Assembly (NCBI RefSeq): GCF_006345805.1 | Contig: NC_043011.1 | Coordinates: 36,282,464-36,346,463 of the forward strand | Length of the DNA: 64,000 bases | Direction of reading: 5' to 3' | From: Octopus sinensis | Taxonomy: Eukaryota | Shown here: positions 24,195 through 37,380 of the stretch, one piece after another | Layout of the letters: each line of letters opens with the position of its first letter | Numbering within the stretch: the first letter of the stretch is position 1 | Program-made: the position numbers and the translations under genes | The notes under the pieces: generated by a model | The model's input: only the letters and a program-made list of their open reading frames with translations | What the model was told of the DNA's origin: nothing | Database searches by the model: none

Positions 24195-24359
24195 AGGTGC
24201 ACGTAGGCCTGTGTGGTAAGAAACTTGCTTCCAAACCGCATGATTCTGTGTTCAGTCCCACTGTGTGGCACCTTGGCAAGTGTCTTCTACTATAGCCTTA
24301 GGCCATCCAAAGCCTTATGTGAGGATTTGGTAAATGGAAACGGAAAGAAGGTCGTCATC

Positions 24360-24405
<46 letters not shown>

Positions 24406-24820
24406 GAGTGCCTGTGTGGTAAGAAGCTTGCTTACCAACCACATAGATCCGGGTTCAGTCCCACTGTGTGGCACTTAGACATCTTGAGCAAGTGTCTTCT
24501 ACTATAGCCTCAGGCTGACCAAAGCCTTGTAAGTGGATTTGGTAGACAGAAACTGAAAGAAACCCGTGATATATATATGTATATATACATGTATCTGTGT
24601 GTATATGTTTGTGTGTCTGTATTTGTTGCCCCCAACATCACTTGACCACCGATGCTGGTGTGTTTATGTTCCCATCACTTAGCAGTTTGGCCAAAGAGAC
24701 CGATAGAATAAGTACTAGGCTTACAAAGAATAAGTCCCAGGGTCGATTTGCTCAACTAAACGCAGTGCTCCAGCATGGCCGCAGTCAAATGAGTGAAACA
24801 AGTAAAAGAGTAAAAGAGTA
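24195..24820 (+). mobile_element. SINE family A head followed by a full-length family A copy
   Basis: Diagnostic head, core and tail motifs. Confidence 0.85.
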
Positions 24821-24960
24821 TATTTATATATATATATATTTTTTCTATCTTAGCCATAATTTCTGATTTCTGTATAACAATCATACATGCATTCAGCTCA
24901 TCAGCAGGAACACAAGTGAAATAGAACTTCAAAAGACTTTCCAATACACACACACACACA

Positions 24961-26032
24961 CACTGACATGAAGCTAAACCTACTGATACAACAATAGAAG
25001 CTGAAATGTCGTATACTTTAGAAAACTACCCTCTAGAGGTCGATGTCTCTGATTGCCTACCATTTTGTATATATAAAAATTTCAATCATGAAATTGGAAT
25101 TATATCTGTATATATTCGTCTAAATACATCAACAATGTATTGTTGCACAATGTCTAATAAAATGGCCCAATAGATCTGATATGCAGTTAAAATCAATATT
25201 ATGTGAAATATATAATGTGAAAAAGGCGAACTTAAAACTCATTCTAGGTATCCATATCAATATATATGTATATATGATTGCACTGGACCTAACCTTTATT
25301 TATCTCTCTCACACACAAAAAAATAATTAAATGCAGAGTAAAACTGAATGATTTGTTTTTATTTTAAAACAAGTGAGTTGATTCAGTTTACATTAGATTT
25401 ACTTACATAGCATTCGATTTGCATTCAATTAGATATTTTATATCTGGGAGTTGTGGTGTGCTCCACTAATCCTGCTAGTTGGGGGCTTTGTTGGTTGGCC
25501 AGTTTAGTTTGAGGATAGGAGTCCTGGTAGTCAGTCTTCTCCGATGATCAGGTGTCCGTGCTAAGCTCAGCATCAATACGGTGGTGGAAAAATGAGCTCA
25601 TCAGGAACAGGTTGTTTTAAAGAGTGTCGATTTGGCCCAGGGTGGAAACACAGCAGGTAAAAGACCCAGTGTTGAACAATAGTGGGATGACGCCTGTGAA
25701 TAGTCACCAGCTGGCAACCGGTTCGATTCAACTGAACACCAATCTCTTTAAGAATCCAGCCCATGCTAGCATGAAAAGCAGACATTAAATGGTGATGATG
25801 ATGATGATGTCACTATTTATTCTTTTACTTGTTTCAGTCATTTGACTGCAGCCATGCTGGAGCACCACCTTTAGTCAAGCACATTGACCCCAAGACTTAT
25901 TCTTTGTAAGCCTAGTACTTATTCTATCGGTCTCTTTTGCCGAACTGCTAAGTTACGGAGACGTAAACACACCAGCATCGGTTATCAAGTGATGTTGGGG
26001 GGACAAACACAGACACACAAACATACACACAC

Positions 26033-26068
<36 letters not shown>

Positions 26069-27200
26069 CACACACACACACACACACACAACACACACAC
26101 ACACACACACACACTGACATGAAGCTAAACCTACTGATACAACAATAGAAGCTGAAATGTCGTATACTTTAGAAAACTACCCTCTAGAGGTCGATGTCTC
26201 TGATTGCCTACCATTTTGTATATAAAAATTTCAATCATGAAATTGGAATTATATCTGTATATATTCGTCTAAATACATCAACAATGTATTGTTGCACAAT
26301 GTCTAATAAAATGGCCCAATAGACCTGATATGCAGTTAAAATCAATATTATGTGAAATATATAATGTGAAAAAGGCGAACTTAAAACTCATTCTAGGTAT
26401 CCGTATCAATATATAATGTATATATGATTGCACTGGACCTAACCTTTATTTATCTCTCTCACACACAAAAAAATAATTAAATGCAGAGTAAAACTGAATG
26501 ATTTTGTTTTATTTTAAAACAAGTGAGTTGATTCAGTTTATATTAGATTTATTTACATAGCATTCGATTTGCATTCAATTAGATATTTTATATCTGGGAG
26601 TTGTGGTGTGCTCCACTAATCCTGCTAGTTGGGGGCTTTGTTGGTTGGCCAGTTTAGTTTGAGGATAGGAGTCCTGGTAGTCAGTCTTCTCCGATGATCA
26701 GGTGTCCGTGCTAAGCTCAGCATCAATACGGTGGTGGAAAAATGAGCTCATCAGGAACAGGTTGTTTTAAAGAGTGTCGATTTGGCCCAGGGTGGAAACA
26801 CAGCAGGTAAAAGACCCAGTGTTGAACAATAGTGGGATGACGCCTGTGAATAGTCGCCAGCTGGCAACCTGTTCGATTCAACTGAACACCAAACTCTTTA
26901 AGAATCCAACCCATGCCAGCATGAAAAGCAGACATTAAATGGTGATGATGATGATGATGTCACTCTTTATTCTTTTACTTGTTTCAGTCATTTGACTGCA
27001 GCCATGCTGGAGCACCGCCTTTAGTCAAGCACATTGACCCCAAGACTTATTCTTTGTAAGCCTAGTACTTATTCTATCGGTCTCTTTTGCCAAACTGCTA
27101 AGTTACGGAGACGTAAACACACCAGCATCGGTTATCAAGTGATGTTGGGGGGACAAACACAGACACACAAACATACACACACACACGCACACAGACACAC
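24961..27200. repeat. Tandem duplication, unit about 1151 bp, junctions in (CA)n
   Basis: CACTGACATGAAGCTAAACC starts at both 24961 and 26112. The two units are near-identical with scattered substitutions. Confidence 0.95.
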
Positions 27201-27931
27201 ACACACATATATATATACATATATATACGACGGGCTGCTTTCAGTTTCCATCTACCAAATCCACTCACAAGGCTTTGGTCAGCCCAAGGCTATAGTTGAA
27301 GACACTTGCCCAAGGTGCCATGCAGTGGGACTGAACCCGGAACCATGTGGTTGGTAAGCAAGCTACTTACAACTCAGCCACTCTTCATTTTTCTGAATTA
27401 GAAGTATGCATATATATACTTATAAGCTAGCTTAGTTCTCTATTTCTCTTTACACAAAGGTTTTGGGCTGCTCTTCAAAACTTCATGTTGAAGCTCTGAT
27501 GAAGCTATAGAGTGAAACTCAAACACTCAACTATGAGTGCATTGCATCTAATAGCAAAAACTGCTGTAAGCTAATAAAGTTCATAACATAATTGTTAATT
27601 TCTTTGCCTTTCCAAATTCTTATTATTGCTTTGTACTCAACTGACCCTAAATTCTGATGCATATATATACTGAGTTCTAACACCAGGCTTTTATTATTGC
27701 AATGCCTAAGCAATATATATATACACACACATATATAATTGTTAAACAAGACTGCAAGCATTAAGGCAAGGCAAACATCTCAAGTCGTATACAATATTAT
27801 TATAAAAAGAAATTCAAAATCTTACAGCTGTTTCTGGGATATCCCTGAGTATGGGATATTTCATTATCAGAGACAAATAGGGGTTAAAAAAATAGGGAAA
27901 ATGAGAATGGTATATATTAATAAGATGACCA

Positions 27932-27969
<38 letters not shown>

Positions 27970-28489
27970 CACACACACACATATATATATATATATCACA
28001 TATATATGATCATCATCATCATTATCAGCATTATGGTTTAACACCCATTCTCCATGCTGATATGGGTCGAACAGTTTGACAAGTGCTGGCAAGCTAGAGG
28101 AATGTGCCAAGTTCTGTTGTCTGTTCTGGCCATGGCTTCTGCAGCTGGACGCCCTTCCTAATGCCAACCACTTTAGAGAGTGTACTGGGTGCTTCCTCTG
28201 TGGCACCAGCACATTTGAGGTCACCAAGTAACCTGCAAGACAAGACAAATCCCTTCAAATGGGGAGAGCAGTATTGAGCGAGGTGGCTTTATGCCAGTTG
28301 GTAAGATGTTAGAAGAATAAAAGAATGATAGATGCCATGTTGTGGAAGAGATATAGAGACATCCCAGAGGATAGAGGTGGATGGTAGTAATTGAAGGTAA
28401 GAGACAGAGGGGTGGTTCAGGGAGGAAGAGGTTATGTTCACAAGATGTATATCTAAAAGTTGGCCAGTAGTTTGTGGATTAGTAAAGTA

Positions 28490-28712
28490 CAGTAGTCCCT
28501 TGACTATCGCGGGTGTTACAGTCCCAAAACCCCCTGTGATACGAGAAAATCCGTGAAGTAGAAACAATATTGTACTGTATATTTTTAAAATTATTTTTGT
28601 AATTTGTGTATATTTATTTTATTATAAATGCAAAACACCACCATCGAGGAATCGACGTAAGCTTAAATAATAAACTGCGATAGGTGAACCGCAATATGGT
28701 GATGGATTACTG
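28490..28712. mobile_element. Tigger/pogo-type MITE with TA target duplication
   Basis: TA|CAGTAGTCCCTTGACTATCGCGG ... CCGCAATATGGTGATGGATTACTG|TA. Confidence 0.75.
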
Positions 28713-28764
28713 TAATTACTGCATTAGACAAAATACCTAGCAATATTTGTTCATGCCCTAAAGC

Positions 28765-29360
28765 TGTGAGCTGGCAGAATCGTTAGCGCACCGGGCGAAA
28801 TGCGTAGCCGTATTTCATCTGCTGTTAAGTTCTGAGTTCAAATTCTGCCGAGGTTGACTGTGCCTTTCATCCTTTCGAGGTCAATAAATTAAGTACCAGT
28901 CATGTACTAGGGTCGATCTAATTGACTGGCCCCCTTCCCAAAAATGTTGGGCCTTGTGACTTGAGCAGAAAAGAATATCAAAGGTGGTGAGCTGGCAGAA
29001 TCGTTAGCACACCGGGCGAAATGCGTAGCCATATTTCGTCTGCCATTAAGTTCTGAGTTCAAATTCCACTGAGGTCGACTTTGCCTTTCATCCTTTCGGG
29101 GTCGATTAAATAAGTACCAGTTACGCACTGGGGTCGATATAATCGACTTAATCCATTTGTCTGTCCTTGTTTGTCCCCCCTGTGTTTAGCCCCTTGTGGG
29201 TAGTAAAGAAATAGGCATTTCATGTCTTTACATTCTGAGTTCAACTTTGCCTTTCATCCTTTCAAAGTCAATAAATTAAGTACCAGTCGTGTACTGGGGT
29301 CAGTCTAATCGACTGGCCCCCCACTCCCCAAAAATTTCGGGCCTTGTGCGTAGAGGAGAA
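28765..29360 (+). mobile_element. Tandem array of family B SINEs
   Basis: At least three repeats of TCTGAGTTCAA...CCTTTCATCCTTTC...AAGTACCAGT. Confidence 0.85.
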
Positions 29361-30272
29361 AAGAAGTTCAATTCCCTCTGAGGTCAAATTCACTTTCCAT
29401 CTTCATCTTTCTGAGATCAACAAAATAAGGTATCAGACACGTACAGGAAAGTATTTTAATGATATTCAACACTTCACCCCCAAAATTCTCAGCCCTTGTG
29501 CCTATGTGAGTTATTATATATGACAAATTGAAACAACTAAGTGGGATTTCAATCATTGGTATTATTTAGTAAAGAAATGGAAAAATAAATAAATAAATAA
29601 ACAAAAGTTATTTCCAAAAGTCGTACTTGATTGCTGTTATAAATGTTGTTTGCAATTAACCAATCACACTTCAAAGACCATTTACCTTCAGTATTTAAGT
29701 ACAAATAAATTGAATCAAGCAAACGTGGATTATAAACTGATATAAATTGAGACATGCGAAAAATACTAAAAAAAAAAAAGTCCCCCAAAAGACTCAATAA
29801 CTTTTGAATTCATCAATAAAAGATAATATGGTGTGAAATTTTAATTTCTTTTTTTTTTCTTTTGTATCATTTATTTAATTTCAGTTTTAATTTATATTTT
29901 GATATTTTTTTTCTTTAAACTCTTCTTTTTATTTTGTGAATCATAAGCTCTTTGACATTTATAATTACTTTGAAATGAATTTAAGTGAAATGGTTATTTC
30001 TATTAAAAATTCAAAAGAATTCTCTTCCATATTTCATAACTAAATTCTTACTATATTCTTTTAATAATAAAAAAAACAAAAAAAATCAAAAAACAAAAAT
30101 GAAAAAAAAAACTTTGTTACATTAATGAAGTTGTTGGCTTTCATACATTGGAAACTCTTGGTAATAATTAAAAGATTATCTTTCAGTTATTTCATTGTTG
30201 CCGTGCATATGATCATTAATATCACCATGATCATCGTTATCATCATCAACACAACCACCACTACCATCATCA

Positions 30273-30668
30273 TCTATATATATATAAAGTTGAAGCTGTC
30301 TGTGTATGGCAGGTTTGGTAGCCTTCGACTAACACTATCTCCTCTGAGACCCTACGGCACAAGTTGACCAAAATTGAGAGTATGATAGAAGGCTTGCTCT
30401 TCCTTCCGTAGAAGAAAAAATTCAAATTGGACCATGTTAACACCAAAAATTATTTACATCAAAAAGGTGCTTTTTTTTCTATAAAAATCCCTATTTTTGA
30501 CGATTTTTTGACTGCTGTGTCACCACTTTTCGTTGTATTTCAACCAGAAAAATGTTCACTTAAAGAGAATAACAAGCTACATGAGGCAAAATTTTTACTT
30601 TTCGAAAATTCCAATTCTAAAGGGTCGAAAAGGAAACAAGCCCGAGAAATGCTGGGCTACATGGCTAG
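30273..30668 (+). mobile_element. Non-autonomous Helitron (about 396 bp)
   Basis: Inserted between A and T. Starts TCTATATATATATAAAG; ends with hairpin GCCCGAG...CTGGGC followed by CTAG (30665-30668). Confidence 0.7.
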
Positions 30669-30894
30669 TTAATATTATTTATGACATTGAGCTGTCGGAA
30701 TTGTTAACATGCTGGGCCGAAATGCTCAGCAGAATTTCATCCATCTTTACATTCTGAGTTGAAATGCCCAATGAGCTTGACTTGCCTTTAATCTTTGCAA
30801 GGTTGATAAAACACGTACCAGTTGAATACTGGGGTCGATGTAATTGACTTACCCCCTCTTCCAAAACTGCTGGCCATCCGCCAAAATTTGAAAC

Positions 30895-30979
30895 CCTTAT
30901 TATCATTGTTATTGTTGTTGTTGTTTTTCTTCTTCTTCTTCTTCTTTTTCTTCTTCTTCTTCTTCTTCTTCTTCTTCTT

Positions 30980-31026
<47 letters not shown>

Positions 31027-31037
31027 CATCATCATCA

Positions 31038-31074
<37 letters not shown>

Positions 31075-31179
31075 CATCCTCATCATCATCATCATCATCA
31101 TTATTATTATATTATCATTATCACCATTATTATCGTTGTTGTTGTTGTTGTTTTTCTTCTTCTTCTTCTTCTTCTTCTT

Positions 31180-31223
<44 letters not shown>

Positions 31224-31394
31224 CATCATCATCATTATTATATATTATTATTATTATTATCATCATCATCATCATCATCATTATTATTATTATTATTATT
31301 ATTAATATTATTATCATTATCATCATCATCATCATCATCATTATTATTATTATTATTATCATCATCATCATTATCATCATCATCATCATCATCA

Positions 31395-31430
<36 letters not shown>

Positions 31431-31435
31431 CTTCA
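30895..31435. repeat. (TTC)n/(TTA)n/(TCA)n compound microsatellite
   Basis: Direct reading. Confidence 0.95.
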
Positions 31436-31966
31436 TAACACAGTATTGGTAAGAATGCACCAGAGACTTAGTCGTCTGCCAAGTCACAACAAGGACCTCA
31501 GTCAGATAAAACTTTCCTTAAGATGTGCACTGTGCCCAGTAAGGCTGCTTTTTGTAAGACACCAATCTTGCATGGGATTTCCAGTTGCCTATTCTTCTTC
31601 TTCTTCTTTTTCTTCTTCTGCTTCTTCTATATCGACCCCAGTGCATAACTGGTGCTTATTTAATTGACCCCGAAGGGATAAAAGGCAAAGTCGACCTCAG
31701 TGGAGTTTGATCTCAGAATGTAACTGCAGGCGAAATACTGCTGAGCATTTTGCCCAGTGTGCTAACGATTCTGCCAGGAAGTTGAAATTAGATTGCAGTG
31801 TTGTTTTTACCAATGGAATATTATAGCAGATGATGATGGGTTTATTTTGTTTAGTTCCTGCAATTTTATTCTTAAATATTTGTGTAATATCTGATATGGG
31901 CTTTGGAATGCCAACATTCCTCATTTTATCTTGGAATTTCCAAATATGTTTTGAAAGAAAAGTTAT

Positions 31967-32061
31967 CGCCTGCAGAAGAACTTGAACCCTCGACCCTCAG
32001 ATGTCCTTATAATTAACTAATTCATAAAAGTCTGATGCTCTGCTGAATAAGCTATGCAGAT
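31967..32061 (-). tRNA. tRNA-Lys(UUU): tRNA-Lys(UUU) with a 22-nt intron at position 37/38; decayed, probably a pseudogene
   Basis: Minus strand reads ATCTGCATAGCTTATTCAGCAGAGCATCAGACTTTTA [TGAATTAGTTAATTATAAGGAC] ATCTGAGGGTCGAGGGTTCAAGTTCTTCTGCAGGCG. The anticodon stem TCAGA/TCTGA is perfect. The acceptor, D and T stems carry mismatches or wobble pairs. A T-run terminator (TTTTCTTT) follows within 6 nt. Confidence 0.8.
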
Positions 32062-32441
32062 TGTAGGCCAACCACAAATTTTTAAATATAATAAGAGAAG
32101 AAATGGAATGCCTGATAACATGGCCTTAGATAAACTCTGAAATGATGGGAGGGTCATGGATGGAACGATTTTCGATCATAGGTTTGCTAACATGGAAATA
32201 AACAACTACAACAACAGCAACACTGTCATCAACGACAACAACAACAACAACAGACAATGTAGAATTTTAGGCCAATATACCATAAAGAAAACAAACCATG
32301 ACTTTTGGTTTTGACATTGACAATGACGACGATGCTGATGACGCTGACGATTGGCATTGGTGTTGGTGATGTTGGCGGCGGCGATGGTGGTACCGACTCT
32401 GTGTCGTCGGCAACAACAAATGGATGGAAGATGGCGGTGTT

Positions 32442-32463
32442 GGGGTGGGGGTGGGGTGGGGTG
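32442..32463 (+). other. G-quadruplex-forming motif
   Basis: GGGGTGGGGGTGGGGTGGGGTGG: four runs of at least four G with 1-nt loops. Confidence 0.7.
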
Positions 32464-32994
32464 GTGTTGGGAGGGAGAAGATCAGGGGAGGAGGGGGGAG
32501 AAGGGCGGATGAGAACGATGTTGACGTCAACAGCAACAGTAGTGTTGATGATGATGATGTATGCGCTCGGTAAACATTACCTCATCACTATCAACAGCCG
32601 TCCAATCGAAAAGAGAAGTAAATAAACACACACAGTCTCCCCAATGAGAAATATATAGACTTTTGATATTCGTAGTCAATAGTGTTAGAGTAGATTGGTT
32701 TTTCATCTTGCTAACACCATTGGCTGTTAACTGATTGTTATTATTAAATGTTTTATTTGCCTTTGTTTCTTTGCCATTAATTTAATCTGTATATTTCATC
32801 ATTCACAATATAGGCACAGACATTGCTTTGTGGTTATGAAGTTTGCATCGCAACCTTATGTTTCATGGTTCGATCCCATTTCGTTACTCCTTGGCCAAGT
32901 GTCTTTCTACCATCACTTTTACACTTCGGTTGCTCAAGGATTTGTGAGTGGAATTTGGTGTACAGAAAGTGTAGGGTAACTAGGAAGCCAGACA

Positions 32995-33196
32995 GTTTCA
33001 TCTATCTATCTATCTGTCTGTCTGTCTGTCTTTTTGCTTGTCTGTCTATCTATCTATCTATCTATCTGTCTATCTGTCTATATCTGTCTATCTATATCTA
33101 TCTATCTGTCTGTCTGACTATCTGTCTGTCTGTCTGTCTATCTATCTAACTATCTATCTTTCTATCTATCTATCTGTCTATCTATCTATCTATCTG

Positions 33197-33255
<59 letters not shown>
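32995..33255. repeat. (CTAT)n/(CTGT)n microsatellite
   Basis: Direct reading. Confidence 0.95.
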
Positions 33256-33259
<4 letters not shown>

Positions 33260-34454
33260 CTCTCAAGTATCACTTCAAAAGGAAGTTGAGAATGGAGAGT
33301 TAGGTTTTGTCTCATGAAAGTTTCAAAAAAAGGTGGGTGAATGTAGCAAAGATGGTGTGTGCGAGTGACGAATCGTAAAAGACAGAGAGAGAGAGCACTT
33401 TGCTCTCGTGTGTTTATTTCCTCCCTGTCTGAGGTTACCATGGTCTTTTCTACAGGCTTTTCTTTCCACAGGTAAATCCAATCTTGTTTCTTACTTGTTA
33501 AAAAAATTTCTTTCTGTGATACACAATCCCTTTTGATCGCCTTTTTTTTTCCCATCCTTTTGATTGGAAATTTACATTTGTTTTCTTTTTTTTCCCTTTT
33601 CTTTTCCACCTTTGAAAAGAAAAGTTCTACATTTGTATTTGTCCCCTCTGTGTTCAGCCTTGTGTGGCCAATAAAGAAAGTTATCTATCTATCTATCTTT
33701 CTATCAGTTTGTCTGTCTGTCTATCTGTCTACCCACTTGCATAGCCCAGGGTGGGGGGAGGTTGGGGCTATGCTAGTGCATCTGCCTGCTTGCCTCTCAG
33801 TATGTGTGCATGTATGTCTGTCTGTCTCACTGTCTCTCTCTTTCTCTCTCTATCTCTCTCACTATCTGTCTGTCTCTCTCTCTCTACACACACACATATA
33901 TATATATACAAATTTGCATAAGTATATATATATATGTGTGTGTGTGTGTTTACATATGTATGTCTACATATACATGTGTGTGTATGTGTGTGTGTGCCTG
34001 TGTATGTGTGTATCGACATGTGTTTCAGAGCCTATGGCTGATTCTGTTCACTTTTCTATTTTAGGTTATAAAAGTAAATATCTTACATATGGTTGTATGA
34101 TAGCAATCTTAATTTTATTTCATAGTTTTATTATCATATCACACCTTGTAGTAAGCAACTATGATGCTTGCTTCTGTCGTAAACATAGAGACATTTCTGT
34201 GAGATACTAAACTGTGCCAAACTGTGTTGGAGTAACTTCTCTTCTGATGGTTGAGTGGCTACAAAACGATGTATGATAATCATGTTATACAAGGGGAGAT
34301 GAATACTGTTCAGTTGTCCAGGAAAACATTTATAAGTGATTTTTTATAGTTTGGTTTGTTCAGAGGCTCTTTGGTGTAACAAATGATATAGTTGGTTCAG
34401 TCCCTGTTAGTGTTCTGTTCACTTCTATCTTAGATCACATTAGCAAATATATAC

Positions 34455-34930
34455 ATCATCATCGTCGTTTAACATCCGCTTTCCATGCTGGCATGGTTTG
34501 GATGGTTTGACTGCAGGCTGGTGAACCAGAAAGCTGCACAGGCTCCAATTTGATCTACAGTTGGATGCCCTTCCTAATGCCAACCACTCTGACAGTGTAG
34601 TGGGTGCTATTACGTGCCACCAGCACAAGGGCCAGTCAGGCGGTTCTGGCAACAACCATGCTCAAAAGGTGTTTTTTATGTGCTATCTGAATGGGAGCCA
34701 GTCCGATGGCACTGGAAATGACCATGCTCGAATATTGTTTCTTCACGTGCCGCCAGCTCATGTGCCAGTTAGGCAATGCTGGCAATGACCACGCTCGAAT
34801 GGTGCTTTTTATGTGGCATTGGCATCGTGGCCAATTAGCAGTCCTGGCAACGATCATGCTTGGATGGTGCTTTTAACATTCCACTGGCACAAGTGCCAAT
34901 CAGGTGGTACTGTCATCGACCACGTCTGTG
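34455..34930 (-). mobile_element. SINE family C with internal tandem units
   Basis: Reverse complement of the family C tail plus repeated GGCAATGACCATGCTCGAAT units. Confidence 0.8.
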
Positions 34931-35343
34931 ATTTTGATTTTGGTTTCACTTGCCTCAACAGGTCTTCACAAGTAAACTTTATTATCCAATAAATGAGGGG
35001 TACTCATAAGTGGGCTGGTTATACCTACTATACCTGTTTATATAATAGATATTGTCAATGCATATACACGTGTGATCGTTTTTACAATGGTTTAAAAATT
35101 GGTGTTTTGTATCTCTACACTGCAACCCATATTATTAGGTAAATCAGCCTGCTTTCAATAAATAAATGTATATTCGTTCAAAACCTGTTGTTTTCTCACT
35201 GACTGTTGGCAACACTTATCTGCATAATTTCTGTTAAAATAAATTGGATCCGCTCAGACGGAAACAAACAGTGGTCATTATCGTGTAGCAGCAACATTTC
35301 TGCTGTCCCAAATTATTAAGCAGGTGCCCAATTAAGTGTCTTT

Positions 35344-36324
35344 GTGGGTCAGAAACGTAATCTTACCTCGAATGAGAAGTCTACCATCGTGTCAGAGCTT
35401 GGAAAAGGAAAAACAACCATTGTAATATGAAAAATATTGAAAAGAGATCACTGAACAGTGAAGAAATTTGTACAGTCTCCTGTTTCTGTTTGGTCGAGGG
35501 CAGATAAGGGTGGGTTGAAGGTTGCTTTGAATTGTACTTTGTCAAGTGTGAAAAGGGAAGTTGTGTGGAACCCATGTCTGATAAGTAGAGAAGTCTTCGT
35601 GGCAAGGAAGAAGCAGGTAGTCAAGAATGTCAGACCTGTTACAAGGGCCCCTTCTGAAGGCTTTTCATAAGCAGAAGAGACTGAAATGAGCAGAAGAATA
35701 CATGAAGATAGATTTTTTTCAACAGTTCGGTTCACTGACAAATGCTGTACTACCCTTGATGGATCAGATGGCTGGAGTAAAGGTGGGAATCAATCAGTGG
35801 GAACCATCCTCATCGTTTGAAACACCAACAGCGGGGCGTTGGGAGGGGTCATGATTTAGACTGGCATCATTGATGATATGATGGTCAGGCCATGCAAAGT
35901 CCCAGATAGCATTAAGATGACATCAAAAACATATGTTACCTTCTTAAAAGACAATTTCCAAACGTGGTTCAAAAGGCAAAAACTTTCATTCAAGAGAAAG
36001 CTGGTCTGCATACAAAATAATGCCTCATCTCATACAGTGAAGAATTCTAAGGAATACCTGCAGCAAATAGGCTTCTCTGGAGGTCGTTTGATGGAGTGGT
36101 CACCTTGTTCCCTTGACTTAAACCCAATTGAGAACCTGTGGAGTGTTATTAAGCAGGATGTTTACCAAGATGGACAGCAGTTTTCAAGTAAAGTTGGTCT
36201 CTGGGATGCTATTGTAGATGCTGCTCAAAGCATGACACAAGAGGATATCATCACCTTGATAAATTCAAAGAATCAGCACGTAAGGAAGGTTATTGCATGT
36301 GGAGGACCATACATCAAACATTAG
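35344..36324 (+). pseudogene. Tc1 transposase pseudogene
   Basis: Starts (G/A)TG GQKRNLTSNEKSTIVSELGKG, then VRFTDK..TLDGSDGW, IQNNASSH and WSPCSLDLNPIENLWSVIK: a decayed DD34E triad with stops and frameshifts. Confidence 0.9.
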
Positions 36325-36656
36325 GAGCTGTGCGACATCATAATAGCATGATTATTTTCATTCCAACGTATTATTATGTTTACCATTAAGTCCTTTATGA
36401 ATATTTTTTTGGTTAAACCTTTACTGTTGAATTAAATAATATTTGTTCTGATACAATTATCATTTTTATTATACTTGCCTAATAATTTGTGATGGGGGAA
36501 AATGTTGTCCAATCATGAAAATGGCTGCCATTTGTTGGCATCTGCACAGATCTGATTTATTTTAACAGAATGTGCAAAGATAGGTGTTGCCAACAGTCAA
36601 TGGGAAAACAAAAGGTTTTGAACGAATATGCATTTATTTATTGAGAAAAGGTTGAT

Positions 36657-37340
36657 TTTCATATGGCATAGTGGTTAAGAGCATGGACTACTAACCCCAA
36701 GATTCTGATTCGATTCCAAGCAGTGACCTGAACAATAACAATAATAATAATAATAATAATATATTTCTTTACTGCCCACAAGGGGCTAAACATAGAGGGG
36801 ACAAACAAGGACAGGCAAAGGGATTAAGTTGATTACATCGATACCAGTGCGAAACTGGTACTTTATTTATCGACCCCGAAAGGACGAAAGGCAAAGTCGA
36901 CCTCGGCGAAATTTGAACTCAGAACGTAGTGGCAGACGAAATACCGCTAAGCATTTCACCCGGCACGCTAACATTTCTGCCAGCTTGCCGAATAATAATA
37001 AAATAGAAATTAGCAAAATGTGAAACCTGAAGACTAAAACAATACCTGCTACCTAGCTCAGATATCAGGAAACCCCAAAATGGCAGAAATTCAAAAGATA
37101 GTGCTCATGGGAACTGCCCATATCCTACCCCAAATACTTTCTATGTAATCTCAAGTTTTAAAACAAACATAATTTTCTTATGGTTTCTTAAACATTCTCT
37201 AGAACAACACTATGTACAAAACCAAATATATGGCACCATAGGCATAACACCAACATGAACTTCCAACTTGTTTTCTCTTGAGGTCTCTGGGTGAGACTTG
37301 GAGTCAACTTGTACCAATGTAAAGCAAAAGTCAAACATGA

Positions 37341-37380
<40 letters not shown>

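Noticed and set aside
25545-25610. Minus-strand CTGATGA with GCTCA/TGAGC and TGTTC/GGACA helices
   Set aside because: The GAAA-NUH half of the core is absent (TTAGCAC instead), so it is at best a relic.
27487-27531. CTGATGA A GCT..AGT GAAAC with GTTGA/TCAAC
   Set aside because: The junction spacing and cleavage triplet are non-canonical, and it is a single copy.
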